The notes under the pieces are model-generated. The model was given only the letters and a program-made list of their open reading frames with translations. It was not told where the DNA came from and searched no databases. The position numbers were made by a program, and so were the translations under genes. From NCBI GenBank assembly GCA_944392815.1, contig CALXXY010000001.1, positions 128,001-192,000 of the forward strand: a DNA stretch of 64,000 bases. Direction: 5' to 3'. Of this stretch, positions 1 to 9,326 are shown piece by piece. Position 1 is the stretch's first letter. The number at the start of each line of letters is the position of its first letter. Source of the stretch: an uncultured Alphaproteobacteria bacterium. GTDB taxonomy: Bacteria > Pseudomonadota > Alphaproteobacteria > Rs-D84.

Positions 1-100
1 TAACAAAACTACCCCAAAGTGCCGAAAAAGTGATATACATTGACTACAAAAACATACATTTGACATACGGTGTGTTCTATGTTTCGCATTTTTACCCCAC

Positions 101-128
101 TTGATTATTTCTAAAAACTGTGTATAAT
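101..128 (+). promoter_or_regulatory. Putative sigma70 promoter for the metK leader
   Basis: TTGATT at 101-106 and TATAAT at 123-128 (16-bp spacer, TG extension), just upstream of the riboswitch. Confidence 0.55.
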
Positions 129-140
129 ATAAAACAATCA

Positions 141-190
141 AGGTGGATTTAACCTGACTTGTCCTACCTCTAAATGGACTAAACAAGGAG
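141..190 (+). ncRNA. SAM-II riboswitch aptamer (H-type pseudoknot)
   Basis: P1 is AGGUG(141-145)/UACCU(165-169). L1 is GAUUUAA. P2b is UUGUCC(159-164) with GGAC-U-AA(176-182), including the bulged U. P2a is CC(153-154) with GG(187-188) inside an AAGGAG RBS. Lies upstream of metK. Confidence 0.85.
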
Positions 191-197
191 TTGTTAT

Positions 198-353
198 ATG
201 CAAATTTTCCTATACTTTATGCCGCATTTTGCACAGTGCTTTTGCACCTGTGTTGGTAGCTACATGAATCCACCTTTGGTTCTTACTGCAAAAACCAAAG
301 GAGTATATTATGCAAAGAACAGCAGAAGCGGTGTCTTTGGGACACCCAGATAA
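198..353 (+). CDS. Candidate 51-aa leader ORF (3 Met, 3 Cys) overlapping the metK start
   Basis: AAGGAG 7 nt before ATG198; reads MQIFLYFMPHFAQCFCTCVGSYMNPP...GTPR*; below the ORF-track cutoff. Confidence 0.35.
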   Translation: MQIFLYFMPHFAQCFCTCVGSYMNPPLVLTAKTKGVYYAKNSRSGVFGTPR

Positions 354-1320
354 AATCGCCGATTACATTTCAAGTTACATATTGGATCGGTTAATCGAAC
401 AAGACCCACATACCAGATATGCCGTTGAGGTTATGATCAAAGACAATACTATCGTCCTGGGCGGTGAAGTTACCACCTCTGCCCCACTCAGCGATTTGAC
501 TGACAATGTTAAGTCTGCCCTTTCAGAGATAGGGTACGATGAACGTTACGCATCGGTATGGGGAGAATATGCTATTAACCCAGCGCAAATCAAAGTTATC
601 AACATGATCGGGGTGCAATCGTCCGATATCGCCCAAGGGGTTAATCAGGATGGCTGGGGCGATCAAGGTGTGTTTGTTGGCTATGCCTGCCAAGGCGAAG
701 GTAAGATAAATCGGGAATTATATTTGGCCCGAAAGCTGAACAAAGCCCTGTACGATAAAGCCCGTCAATCTGATAATCTCGGCATAGATATCAAGACACA
801 AATCACATTGAACGACGACAAGATTGAAACCACTATTGTGGCAATCCCGATGTTAAAGGACGAAGACCTGACCGACTTTATCATTGAAACATTGGGCGAA
901 AAGCCAGCGCACATCATCGTAAATGGCACCGGACGTTATACATATCATGGTTCAATAGCAGACTGTGGCATTACAGGACGAAAATTGGCATGTGACTTTT
1001 ATTCAACCGCATGTCCGATTGGTGGTGGCAGTCCATGGACAAAGGATGCTAGCAAGGCAGATTTGACCCTTAATGTGTATGCCCGTATCTTGGCGTGCGA
1101 GAACTTGGCCGACAACGACGAATGTTTTGTTTACCTGTCTTCGTGCATTGGGCGTGCCGAACTGCCAAGCGGCCTGATAAAAACGGTTAAAAACAACATT
1201 GTTTCCTATCGTGATCTGTGGTGCAATCAAAAACCAAGTAACTTGATAAAAGCATACGGTTTAGATAAACCGATCTATGCAAAATTATGCGACAAAAGTA
1301 TATCTGGAATACAGAATTAA
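310..1320 (+). CDS. metK: S-adenosylmethionine synthetase (short, divergent)
   Basis: GHPDKIAD, GWGDQG, GITGRK and GGGSPWTKD motifs; RBS AAGGAG at 298-303. Confidence 0.92.
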   Translation: MQRTAEAVSLGHPDKIADYISSYILDRLIEQDPHTRYAVEVMIKDNTIVLGGEVTTSAPLSDLTDNVKSALSEIGYDERYASVWGEYAINPAQIKVINMIGVQSSDIAQGVNQDGWGDQGVFVGYACQGEGKINRELYLARKLNKALYDKARQSDNLGIDIKTQITLNDDKIETTIVAIPMLKDEDLTDFIIETLGEKPAHIIVNGTGRYTYHGSIADCGITGRKLACDFYSTACPIGGGSPWTKDASKADLTLNVYARILACENLADNDECFVYLSSCIGRAELPSGLIKTVKNNIVSYRDLWCNQKPSNLIKAYGLDKPIYAKLCDKSISGIQN

Positions 1321-1349
1321 AAAAGGGTGCCACTTGGCACCCTTGTTTT
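1321..1349. terminator. Bidirectional intrinsic terminator
   Basis: AAGGGTGCCA-CT-TGGCACCCTT hairpin between convergent genes. Confidence 0.7.
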
Positions 1350-1350
1350 A

Positions 1351-1848
1351 TTATTTCAATTTATTGTATTCCGTATCACTGACCGGTTCCAACCATTCGG
1401 TACGACCGTTTTCACTTGGTACTTCAATTGCGATATGCGTAAACCAAGAATCTTTTGCCGCACCATGCCAATGTTTTGTACCCGGTGCAATATTTACTTT
1501 GTCGCCAGGTTTCAATTCAATTGCTGGCTTTCCCCATTCTTGATAATACCCACGACCATGTGTTGCCAATAATATTTGACCGCCACCATGATGAACATGC
1601 CAATTATTACGCACAGTTGGTTCAAATGTAACATTAAATATTCCAACCTGTTCAGTGCTTATCGGGTTCAGATATGATTTACCAGTAAAATATTGTCCGG
1701 CGATTGTATTTTCGGAACCAAATCCAAACATAATATTTGTTGGTTTTCGTGCTATATTCAAAATTTCCGCCACTTGGTCATCAGATAAACCTTGGTTTTT
1801 ACCAATCGCGATATGTCCGCCCAAACCCCACAAACACACAATCGGCAA
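1351..1848 (-). pseudogene. Cupin-domain protein, probably a 5'-truncated remnant of a carboxymuconolactone-decarboxylase/cupin fusion
   Basis: Cupin motifs NNWHVHHGGGQILL and KHWHGA; upstream GHIAIGKNQGLS looks like a CMD-domain tail; no convincing start or RBS. Confidence 0.55.
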
Positions 1849-2679
1849 AACAGTATAATTTGTGGCATAACATTCTAGTATAAGTTGTATTTTATTAAAT
1901 TACACATTACGGTTAGTTTTAAGTTATTTATAACATAATTCAACCTATGATTGAATTATAGGCGGAATTTTTATACAAAATATAAGATTACTATAACAAA
2001 CAACCAAAATGCTCCACGCATTATTTTTCCGATCAAGCAAACTCAAAATATTTTATATATTTGCATACGCCGTAGAATTCGACCACAATATTCAACCACA
2101 GATTGAATACACGCCTTCAAACAAAAGCGATGACGCCATCACAAAATTCAACTCTAGGTTGAATCCAGTTGAAGTTTCACCGACACAGAAAACATTTTAG
2201 AACATATTGTCGTTCACCTTGAAAATTTCATCACAAATTCAACCGCAAGTTGAACCGAATCAAAAATTGCGATTTTTTATGGTCTATCGCTGATAAAAAC
2301 AACACATAATTCAACCACAGATTGTATTTTATTCCAATTCGGCAACGCACCACGAAAATCATTTTATAACCTACTGCCTATATATCCGCATTATCGTTCA
2401 ACTACAGGTTGAACAAATCCATGAGTGCAGCATATTAATATTCTATCGCCCCCGATTCGATTGCATACCATAACATATGCATACCGTTGTGACGCGCGCA
2501 CAATGCTGCAGCCCTTTGTGGCGCACTGGTTGGCGCATGTCCGCACCCCCGCAAACGTACGTGTAAAAATCGACGTCAATCCCCAGAATTTTATGTAATT
2601 TTTATGTGTTTATAAAAAAGTCCAAAATTGCAAAAATGGCTGTATTTGTGCGGGACAATTCAAGCGCAGGTTGAATCGT

Positions 2680-2708
2680 TTGCGTATATGTGCAAATCGC
2701 GTTAAAAT
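2680..2708 (+). promoter_or_regulatory. Putative promoter of HTH copy 1, with a TTCAA-N7-TTGAA site (2659-2675) just upstream of the -35
   Basis: TTGCGT-17bp-TAAAAT; mirrored in the right arm. Confidence 0.55.
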
Positions 2709-2742
2709 GCGTATATGCAAACAAAACAAGAGGGGCTTTGTT

Positions 2743-2994
2743 ATGAATAAATATCATTCTGCTTTATGGGACACGGTCAATCACATCGCACAAATGCGCA
2801 ATACATCATGTTCCGGACTGGCGGTGCAGTGCGGTTTTGATTCAACCAGTTTCAACCAAAGCAAACGCAAAACTAAATGCGGGCAATTGCGGTGGCTGTC
2901 TATGATGTCTGTGGCAAAAATACTGATGGCAACCGGAATGACACCCGTTCAGTTTGCAGAAATTTATCAAAAATACCTGAATAAAGAAAAATAA
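2743..2994 (+). CDS. Stand-alone XRE-like HTH protein, copy 1
   Basis: LWDTVNHIA...SCSGLA..CG.D.TSFNQSKR...RWLS resembles the N-terminal HTH of alphaproteobacterial HTH-S24 repressors; RBS AGAGGGG before ATG2743. Confidence 0.8.
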   Translation: MNKYHSALWDTVNHIAQMRNTSCSGLAVQCGFDSTSFNQSKRKTKCGQLRWLSMMSVAKILMATGMTPVQFAEIYQKYLNKEK

Positions 2995-3297
2995 TATGCC
3001 CCGCATGGCGGCACACCCGGCAAAACGCCACACGATTCAACCACTAATTGAATCGGGCGGCGTTTTACTGGGGTAAAAACTATTTGTTGTGGTCAGGATA
3101 TTTAAGTTTGCTACGAAATTCAACTACTATATTCAACCTATGATTGAATGCATTGGTTGAATTTCGTGGACGAACCAAAATACATTGGACACAACCAATA
3201 TTTTTTATTCTGGTAAAACACTGACTAAATCAACCAGTGGTTGAATTTAGTCGGAGTGTGTTTGCGTCATGCGTCAAAACGCCGGCCAGTGCGTTGG

Positions 3298-3804
3298 TAT
3301 TATTTTTCTTTGTTCAGGTATTTTTGATAAATTTCTGCAAACTGGACGGGTGTCATTTCGGTTGCCATCAGTATTTTTGCTACGGACATCATAGACAACC
3401 AACGCAATTGCCCGCATTTAGTTTTGCGTTTACTTTGGTTGAAACTGGTTGAATCCAAACCGCACTGCACCGCCAGTCCGGAACATGATGTATTGCGCAT
3501 TTGTGCGATGTGATTGACCGTGTCCCATAAAGCAGAATGATATTTATTCATAACAAAGCCCCTCTTGTTTTGTTTGCATATACGCATTTTAACGCGATTT
3601 GCACATATACGCAAACGATTCAACCTGCGCTTGAATTATCCCGCACAAATACAATCATTTTTGCAATTTTGGATTTTTTATAAACACATAAAAATTACAT
3701 AAAATTCTGGGGGTTGACGTCGATTTTTACACGTACGTTTGCGGGGGTGCGAACATGTGCCAACCAGTGTGCCACAAAGGGCTGCAGCATTGTGCGCGCG
3801 TCAC
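3298..3804 (-). repeat. Right arm of the inverted duplication
   Basis: Matches 2489-2996. Confidence 0.95.
3300..3551 (-). CDS. Stand-alone XRE-like HTH protein, copy 2
   Basis: Differs from copy 1 by 2 aa (F/L, G/E). Confidence 0.8.
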   Translation of the reverse strand: MNKYHSALWDTVNHIAQMRNTSCSGLAVQCGLDSTSFNQSKRKTKCGQLRWLSMMSVAKILMATEMTPVQFAEIYQKYLNKEK

Positions 3805-5908
3805 CCGCCACCAAAAACCGCATACGGTACCAATTACGAACCTGGTATATTTGTGCGGCAATTGGTCCCATGATTTTTACACCGTTTGCGGTTGGTGCGG
3901 CAGCCGCCAAAGCGGCACAAAAATTTTTCAGGGTGGATTCTTTGTTTGCTTCGATTATCAATGCGATTAATTGGCCATACGGGGGCATTTTTGCAACGCG
4001 CCGTGCGGCCATGTCTGTGGCCATGAACGCGTCGCGATTGCCGTCGCAGATTGCGGTCAACACCGGGTGATCAGGTTGATATGTTTGCAACAGTACGCGC
4101 CCAGGCGCATCACCCCGCCCCGCGCGGCCCGCGACCTGGAACAATTGTTGAAATGTGTGTTCGGCCGCGCGAAAATCTGTACCAAACAATCCCATATCCG
4201 CATCGACCACGCCGACCAAAGTTAAATTTGGGAAATGGTGGCCTTTGGCCAAAATCTGCGTTCCGATTACTATATCTGTTTCGCCGTTTTCCATTTTGTG
4301 CACAATTCGTTCCAGTGCCTGGCGCGACAAAATCGTATCACTGGACACCAGTGCCGTGCGGGCGGTGGGGAATTTTATTGACACTTCTTCCTGGATTTTT
4401 TCCAGGCCCGCCCCACGGTATGAAATTTCATTGCCACACGTTGGGCATTGTGACGGCAGTGTCATTGTTCGGCCACACATATGGCACAACAGTTTGCCCA
4501 AATGTTTGTGATACGTCATGCCCACACTGCAATCAGGGCACTGGGCCACCCAGCCGCATTTTTTGCACTGGACAATTGGGGCAAATCCGCGACGATTGAT
4601 AAATAACATAACCTGGTGTCCGGCGGCCAAAGTGTCATGCACGGCGTCACACAGCAATGGCGACAAATATCCCGCACGTGGCGCGGCATCGTCCGCGTCG
4701 GTGGGCAATGTATATTGTGTCGGGCGATTTTCACGCATATCTATGGTTTCGATTTTGGGCAAAGACGCCCCGCCAAAACGCGACGTTAATTTCAGGCATT
4801 TATATTTTCCGTCCGCCACATTTTGCAATGTTTCAGCCGATGGGGTGGCACTGGCCAACACTATGGGGAATCCCGCAATTTTTGCACGCAATACCGCCAT
4901 GTCGCGCGCGTGATAGTTTCCCATATCTTCCTGTTTATACGATGTATCGTGTTCTTCGTCCACGACAATCAATCCCAAATTTTGCCACGGCAAAAACAGT
5001 GCACTGCGCGTTCCCACAACCATACGAATATCACCACGCAAAACGCCGCGCCAAATTTCACGGCGACGGGCGGCCGTTAAATTGCTGTGCCACACAACGG
5101 GCGCAGCACCAAATCTGCGTTCATATCGCGACATAAATTGGGCAGTCAGCGCAATTTCAGGCATCATCAATAACACAGACGCCCCACGACTGTACGCGCG
5201 CCACGCGGCGTCAAAATATACCTGGGTTTTGCCACTGCCGGTGATGCCGTCCAATAAATATACAGAAAATCCGCCGTTATCTATTGCGGTGCAAATCTCG
5301 TGCGCTGCGGCCGATTGTTCGGCATTTAATGTGACGTTGCCCATATCGTGATATTGATATTGCGAAAAATCTGTTTCGCGGCGTCTGGCTACGGTTGGTA
5401 TTAATGCGCCGTGCGTTATCATGCCACGCACCACGGCACCACTGACGTGGGCGATGTTTTGAATATCAGATATACTCATTGCGTCGTTGTCATTTGACGC
5501 AAATGCGTCCGCCACTGATTGACGGGCGTCTGTCATGCGGATTTTATCGTCGTGGTTATATACATATAATTGTTCCATGCGTGGTGGCGAAAACGCGTCG
5601 GGCACATTTACAATCAATCGTAGTACAGCACCCGGCGTCATCAATGTCCAGTTGGACATTTTTTGAATCCATTGCAAATCTGCAACCGACAAATGTTCTG
5701 GGAATACATCGATGGTGTTTTTGATTTTTTCGGGTGGCAAAGCACTGTCCCCGATACCGTACACCACCCCGATATAGGGACGGTTCATAACACTGACGCG
5801 TACAAAACTGCCCAAATCGGCCGGTGCGGTTAATCGGTAGTCATAGCCCGCATTCACAACGTTTGGAATTAAAATTTTGACAACGTCACCCGTTTTGAAC
5901 ATGTCCAT
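3695..5908 (-). CDS. priA: Primosomal protein N' (replication restart helicase)
   Basis: GITGSGKT, DEEHD, four CxxC zinc motifs, QVAGRAGR, terminal IDVNP. Confidence 0.97.
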   Translation of the reverse strand: MDMFKTGDVVKILIPNVVNAGYDYRLTAPADLGSFVRVSVMNRPYIGVVYGIGDSALPPEKIKNTIDVFPEHLSVADLQWIQKMSNWTLMTPGAVLRLIVNVPDAFSPPRMEQLYVYNHDDKIRMTDARQSVADAFASNDNDAMSISDIQNIAHVSGAVVRGMITHGALIPTVARRRETDFSQYQYHDMGNVTLNAEQSAAAHEICTAIDNGGFSVYLLDGITGSGKTQVYFDAAWRAYSRGASVLLMMPEIALTAQFMSRYERRFGAAPVVWHSNLTAARRREIWRGVLRGDIRMVVGTRSALFLPWQNLGLIVVDEEHDTSYKQEDMGNYHARDMAVLRAKIAGFPIVLASATPSAETLQNVADGKYKCLKLTSRFGGASLPKIETIDMRENRPTQYTLPTDADDAAPRAGYLSPLLCDAVHDTLAAGHQVMLFINRRGFAPIVQCKKCGWVAQCPDCSVGMTYHKHLGKLLCHMCGRTMTLPSQCPTCGNEISYRGAGLEKIQEEVSIKFPTARTALVSSDTILSRQALERIVHKMENGETDIVIGTQILAKGHHFPNLTLVGVVDADMGLFGTDFRAAEHTFQQLFQVAGRAGRGDAPGRVLLQTYQPDHPVLTAICDGNRDAFMATDMAARRVAKMPPYGQLIALIIEANKESTLKNFCAALAAAAPTANGVKIMGPIAAQIYQVRNWYRMRFLVAGDARTMLQPFVAHWLAHVRTPANVRVKIDVNPQNFM

Positions 5909-5952
5909 AAATTACTTGTTTTTTTATTTTTTTTCAATATTATTTATGGAAA

Positions 5953-6753
5953 ATGGCACCGTGGAAACAATTTTTTGGAACGCTGTGGGGTTTGTCGTAT
6001 TGCATACCCGTGCGTAAATGGCGCAATTGGATACGCAGCGAAAAATTGTTCGGATACGGCGATAAACTGAACGCATTACGCAGAACTTTCCCGGATTTAG
6101 ATTGGAAACATTTTCGCCTGGCCAAGGGTGGCGGCAGTTTGGCGTTCATTGTTGGTGGGCGCGTGTTTAAAATTCGCAAATTTCACCAGCGCGATGATTC
6201 TGTGCAACGTTTTAATCGCGAAAAAAGAATTACTGATGCCATTGCGCCCATTTTGCCGATAATGGTGCCGCATATTGATATTTTTCAAATTGATGAATAC
6301 ACAGTGTATTCGACTGAATTTATCCCGGGACGTATTTTATTGGATTTGCCAATGAAAAAAATTCTGGCCCACAGGGACGAAATCGGGCAATCATTGGGGC
6401 AAATTATATATACCCTGTTTAATGCGCGGTTGCCTGAATTGGACGACATGCGTCCCGTTGATGGCGACCCGAATGATACCGGTATGGTGCACGGTGATAT
6501 GTGCAGTAATATTTTGGTTGACCCGGACACTATGAAAATCACAGGCATTATTGATTGGGAATATTCTGGGTTTGGGTCACTGCGACGCGAATTTTTTGGA
6601 ATATTTTGGGTGCGCAGAAAAATGCGCCTGACAGATATTGCGCCGACAGCCATGTGGGAATATTACCGGCTGCGCGACAACAATGCCCCAGGAAGGAAAG
6701 GAAACAAATCTGTTTCAGCCCAGGGAAAAAAACATGAAAAAAAACAAAAATAA
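5953..6753 (+). CDS. APH/choline-kinase-like phosphotransferase
   Basis: GGGS loop, VFK, HGDMCSNILV and GIIDWE motifs. Confidence 0.75.
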   Translation: MAPWKQFFGTLWGLSYCIPVRKWRNWIRSEKLFGYGDKLNALRRTFPDLDWKHFRLAKGGGSLAFIVGGRVFKIRKFHQRDDSVQRFNREKRITDAIAPILPIMVPHIDIFQIDEYTVYSTEFIPGRILLDLPMKKILAHRDEIGQSLGQIIYTLFNARLPELDDMRPVDGDPNDTGMVHGDMCSNILVDPDTMKITGIIDWEYSGFGSLRREFFGIFWVRRKMRLTDIAPTAMWEYYRLRDNNAPGRKGNKSVSAQGKKHEKKQK

Positions 6754-7294
6754 TAAAAAACAAACAGCGGCACAACGCGCGTTCTCGTCATACACGACAT
6801 ATATTTCAGAAACAGTTATCGATACGTACGGACCGTCATATGCGAACCAGGAAACTATGCGAAACACATGGCGCAACCAAATTCCGTATACTGATGAAAT
6901 CGCTGATTTTTTAGTATTCAAAACACATATGTATATCAGATTTTTGGACGCACGCGATTCTAATTCCACCAACCCCCAATTTTTGCGGGCATTAACACAT
7001 TTGATGGCTGATTATTTGTCGGCGTATACTATGCACAGTTCGGCAAAAATAACCCGAAAAAGGGCCAAAGAAATTTTAAAAAAATTGCTGTACGATAATT
7101 CTGCGTACATTCAAAATCTGTTGGCGCGCCAGGAATTGGAACGCAACGCGCGTGAATCCCGGCATAAAAACGCATACAAACGTCCCAACAGTATTCAGAA
7201 AAAGAAACAACAGCAATCTGCAAAACGCAAATTTAATGAAAAACAGAATCAAAAACAGGCAACTGTTATCGAAATCGTAATTCGGCAACGTTAA
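6734..7294 (+). CDS. Basic hypothetical protein
   Basis: Long ORF, probable start at MKKNKNN, fills the gap to miaA. Confidence 0.6.
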   Translation: MKKNKNNKKQTAAQRAFSSYTTYISETVIDTYGPSYANQETMRNTWRNQIPYTDEIADFLVFKTHMYIRFLDARDSNSTNPQFLRALTHLMADYLSAYTMHSSAKITRKRAKEILKKLLYDNSAYIQNLLARQELERNARESRHKNAYKRPNSIQKKKQQQSAKRKFNEKQNQKQATVIEIVIRQR

Positions 7295-8161
7295 TTATTT
7301 AATTGCGTGATTTATTTCCAAATCGGCAGCGAATTGTGTACGAAACCATGTTCGTTGCCGTTTTGCATATTGATTGGTTTTATTTATCCAATCGGCCACA
7401 CATTCATCGCGCGATATTTCCCCACGCAGATATGCGCACAATTGTGCCGCACCAATCGCACGTGACGCGTCCCAGTTGGCGGCGATTATTGCGCGCGCTT
7501 CGTCCAATGCGCCGCCCGCCACCATTTTTGGAATACGTGCCACAATGCGCGGGCGCAGTTCAGACATATCTGGGTTAATTAAAACCTTGTACGGGGTTGG
7601 TGTTATCGCACCACTGCGGGGCAATTTTTGCCATTCGGTTAAATGACGCCCCGTTTCCAGGAACACTTCCACCGCGCGGGCAACACGCTGGGGGTCGGTG
7701 GCGGTAAATTCAGGCGGCAACATTTTTCGCGCGGCGTCCAAATCGGTCGCCACCATTTCGCGGGCACGCGCACGATTTTCATGCGATATTTCCGGCATTG
7801 GCGAAATGCCGTTTATTATCGCATTCATGTAATATCCAGTGCCACCGACAAAAATCGGCGTGCGCCCCGCCCCGCGTGCAGCATCATATTCGCGCCGTGC
7901 CATTTGCAGATAATCCGCCACGCTGATTTGCGCCGACAACGGCAATATGGAAAACAACCGATATGGCACACCATCGATTTCATCAGAAACACTGCGGCCG
8001 GCGAACGGACTGGCCGATATGTTTTCTATGCCGCTGTAAATTTGCACACTGTCACAATTAATAATCACGCCGTTGTGTTCGCGTGCCAAACGGTGTGCGT
8101 ATTCACTTTTGCCCGATGCAGTTGGCCCCGTGACAATAAAAGATGTATGTTTTTCAACCAT
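7295..8161 (-). CDS. miaA: tRNA dimethylallyltransferase
   Basis: GPTASGKS, DSVQIY, VGGTGYY, YAKRQRTWF. Confidence 0.95.
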   Translation of the reverse strand: MVEKHTSFIVTGPTASGKSEYAHRLAREHNGVIINCDSVQIYSGIENISASPFAGRSVSDEIDGVPYRLFSILPLSAQISVADYLQMARREYDAARGAGRTPIFVGGTGYYMNAIINGISPMPEISHENRARAREMVATDLDAARKMLPPEFTATDPQRVARAVEVFLETGRHLTEWQKLPRSGAITPTPYKVLINPDMSELRPRIVARIPKMVAGGALDEARAIIAANWDASRAIGAAQLCAYLRGEISRDECVADWINKTNQYAKRQRTWFRTQFAADLEINHAIK

Positions 8162-8295
8162 TTGCGGCAATTATAAACGCGCACGCCCCGGAATTCAAGC
8201 ACAACCCACACGTGAAAATTTCAGATTGCACATTTTTCATATCGCGCTATAATACCCGTCGTCCAATAATAGTAAAAAAACGAAAGGAATAAATT

Positions 8296-9297
8296 ATGTC
8301 AAAAGTAAGAGTTGCTATTAACGGTTTCGGCCGCATTGGTCGTTTGGTGTTGCGCGCGGCGTTGGTATCTGGGCGTGACGACATTGAATTTGTGGCGGTG
8401 AACGATTTGGCACCGGCCGAACAAAATGCGTATTTGTTGCAGTATGATTCTGTGCACGGCAAATTGCCGATGGACGTCAAACTGGACGGCGAATATATCA
8501 TCGTCGGCAACCAGAAAATCAAATGTATTGCTGAAAAAGATCCAACTAAATTGCCATGGCGCGATTTGGATATCGACATCGTTATGGAATGCACGGGCAT
8601 TTTCACCGCTGCGGACAAAGCGCGCGTGCATTTGGACCAGGGCGCAAAGCGCGTTTTGGTTTCTGCGCCGTCTGCGGGTGCGGATAAAACAATCGTGTTT
8701 GGCGTGAACCAGGATACCCTGACATCAGACGATTTAATCGTGTCCAACGCGTCATGCACAACAAATTGCCTGGCCCCAGTGGCCCAGGTTTTGGATAACA
8801 CATTCGGTATTGTGTCTGGGTGGATGACCACTGTACACGCGTACACCGGCGACCAACAATTGTTGGATAAAAATCACAAAGATTTCCGCCGTGCACGCGC
8901 AGCTGGGCTGTCCATGATTCCGACCAGCACCGGCGCAGCCAAAGCAATCGGATTGGTGTTGCCGAAATTGGCGGGTAAATTGGACGGCATGGCCATTCGC
9001 GTGCCGACACCGGACGTATCCGTTGTTGAATTGGTTGTGAATTTGGAACGCGACGCCACGGTTGACGCCGTGAACAACGCCATGCGCGCGGCTGAATCCA
9101 AAACATTCGGATATAACGAATTGCCGATGGTTTCCGTCGATTTCAAAGGCGACATGCACAGTTCCATTTTTGACGCCACCCAGACCAAAGTCCTGGGCGA
9201 CCGTTTGGTGCATGTGACCGCATGGTACGACAACGAATGGGGATTTTCGAACCGCATGGGCGACACAGCCGTAGCGATGGGAAAATTAATCAAATAA
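8296..9297 (+). CDS. gap: Glyceraldehyde-3-phosphate dehydrogenase
   Basis: INGFGRIGR, SNASCTTNCLAP, WYDNEWGFS. Confidence 0.98.
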   Translation: MSKVRVAINGFGRIGRLVLRAALVSGRDDIEFVAVNDLAPAEQNAYLLQYDSVHGKLPMDVKLDGEYIIVGNQKIKCIAEKDPTKLPWRDLDIDIVMECTGIFTAADKARVHLDQGAKRVLVSAPSAGADKTIVFGVNQDTLTSDDLIVSNASCTTNCLAPVAQVLDNTFGIVSGWMTTVHAYTGDQQLLDKNHKDFRRARAAGLSMIPTSTGAAKAIGLVLPKLAGKLDGMAIRVPTPDVSVVELVVNLERDATVDAVNNAMRAAESKTFGYNELPMVSVDFKGDMHSSIFDATQTKVLGDRLVHVTAWYDNEWGFSNRMGDTAVAMGKLIK

Positions 9298-9326
9298 AAA
9301 CCGGGGCATTCGCCCCGGTTTTTATT
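9294..9326 (+). terminator. Intrinsic terminator after gap
   Basis: AAAAACCGGGGC-ATTC-GCCCCGGTTTTT. Confidence 0.8.

Larger units (their letters stand above)
2489..2996 (+). repeat. Left arm of a ~507-bp inverted duplication (priA 3' end + HTH gene)
   Basis: Reverse complement of 3298-3804 with scattered substitutions and one indel. Confidence 0.95.
1939..3635. repeat. Array of palindromic TTCAA-N7-TTGAA sites
   Basis: Copies start at 1939, 2091, 2147, 2238, 2310 (1 mismatch), 2397, 2659, 3036, 3132, 3229 (1 mismatch) and 3619. Confidence 0.9.

Noticed and set aside
2009-2200. 63-aa ORF within the palindrome array
   Set aside because: No RBS or recognisable motif; likely incidental in non-coding repeat DNA
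1939-2413. CRISPR array interpretation of the TTCAA...TTGAA repeats
   Set aside because: Repeat only 17 bp with a variable centre, irregular spacing (56-152 bp), no cas genes
2671-2742. N-terminal extension of the HTH ORFs to 107 aa
   Set aside because: TTG start lies inside the operator; RBS and paralogue alignment favour ATG2743/3551
2489-3804. Hairpin telomere or read-through artefact
   Set aside because: Arms are diverged (mostly synonymous changes) and enclose a unique 300-bp spacer; a fold-back artefact would be identical
5953-6753. Aminoglycoside resistance gene
   Set aside because: Only the generic APH/kinase fold is visible; backbone context and no substrate evidence
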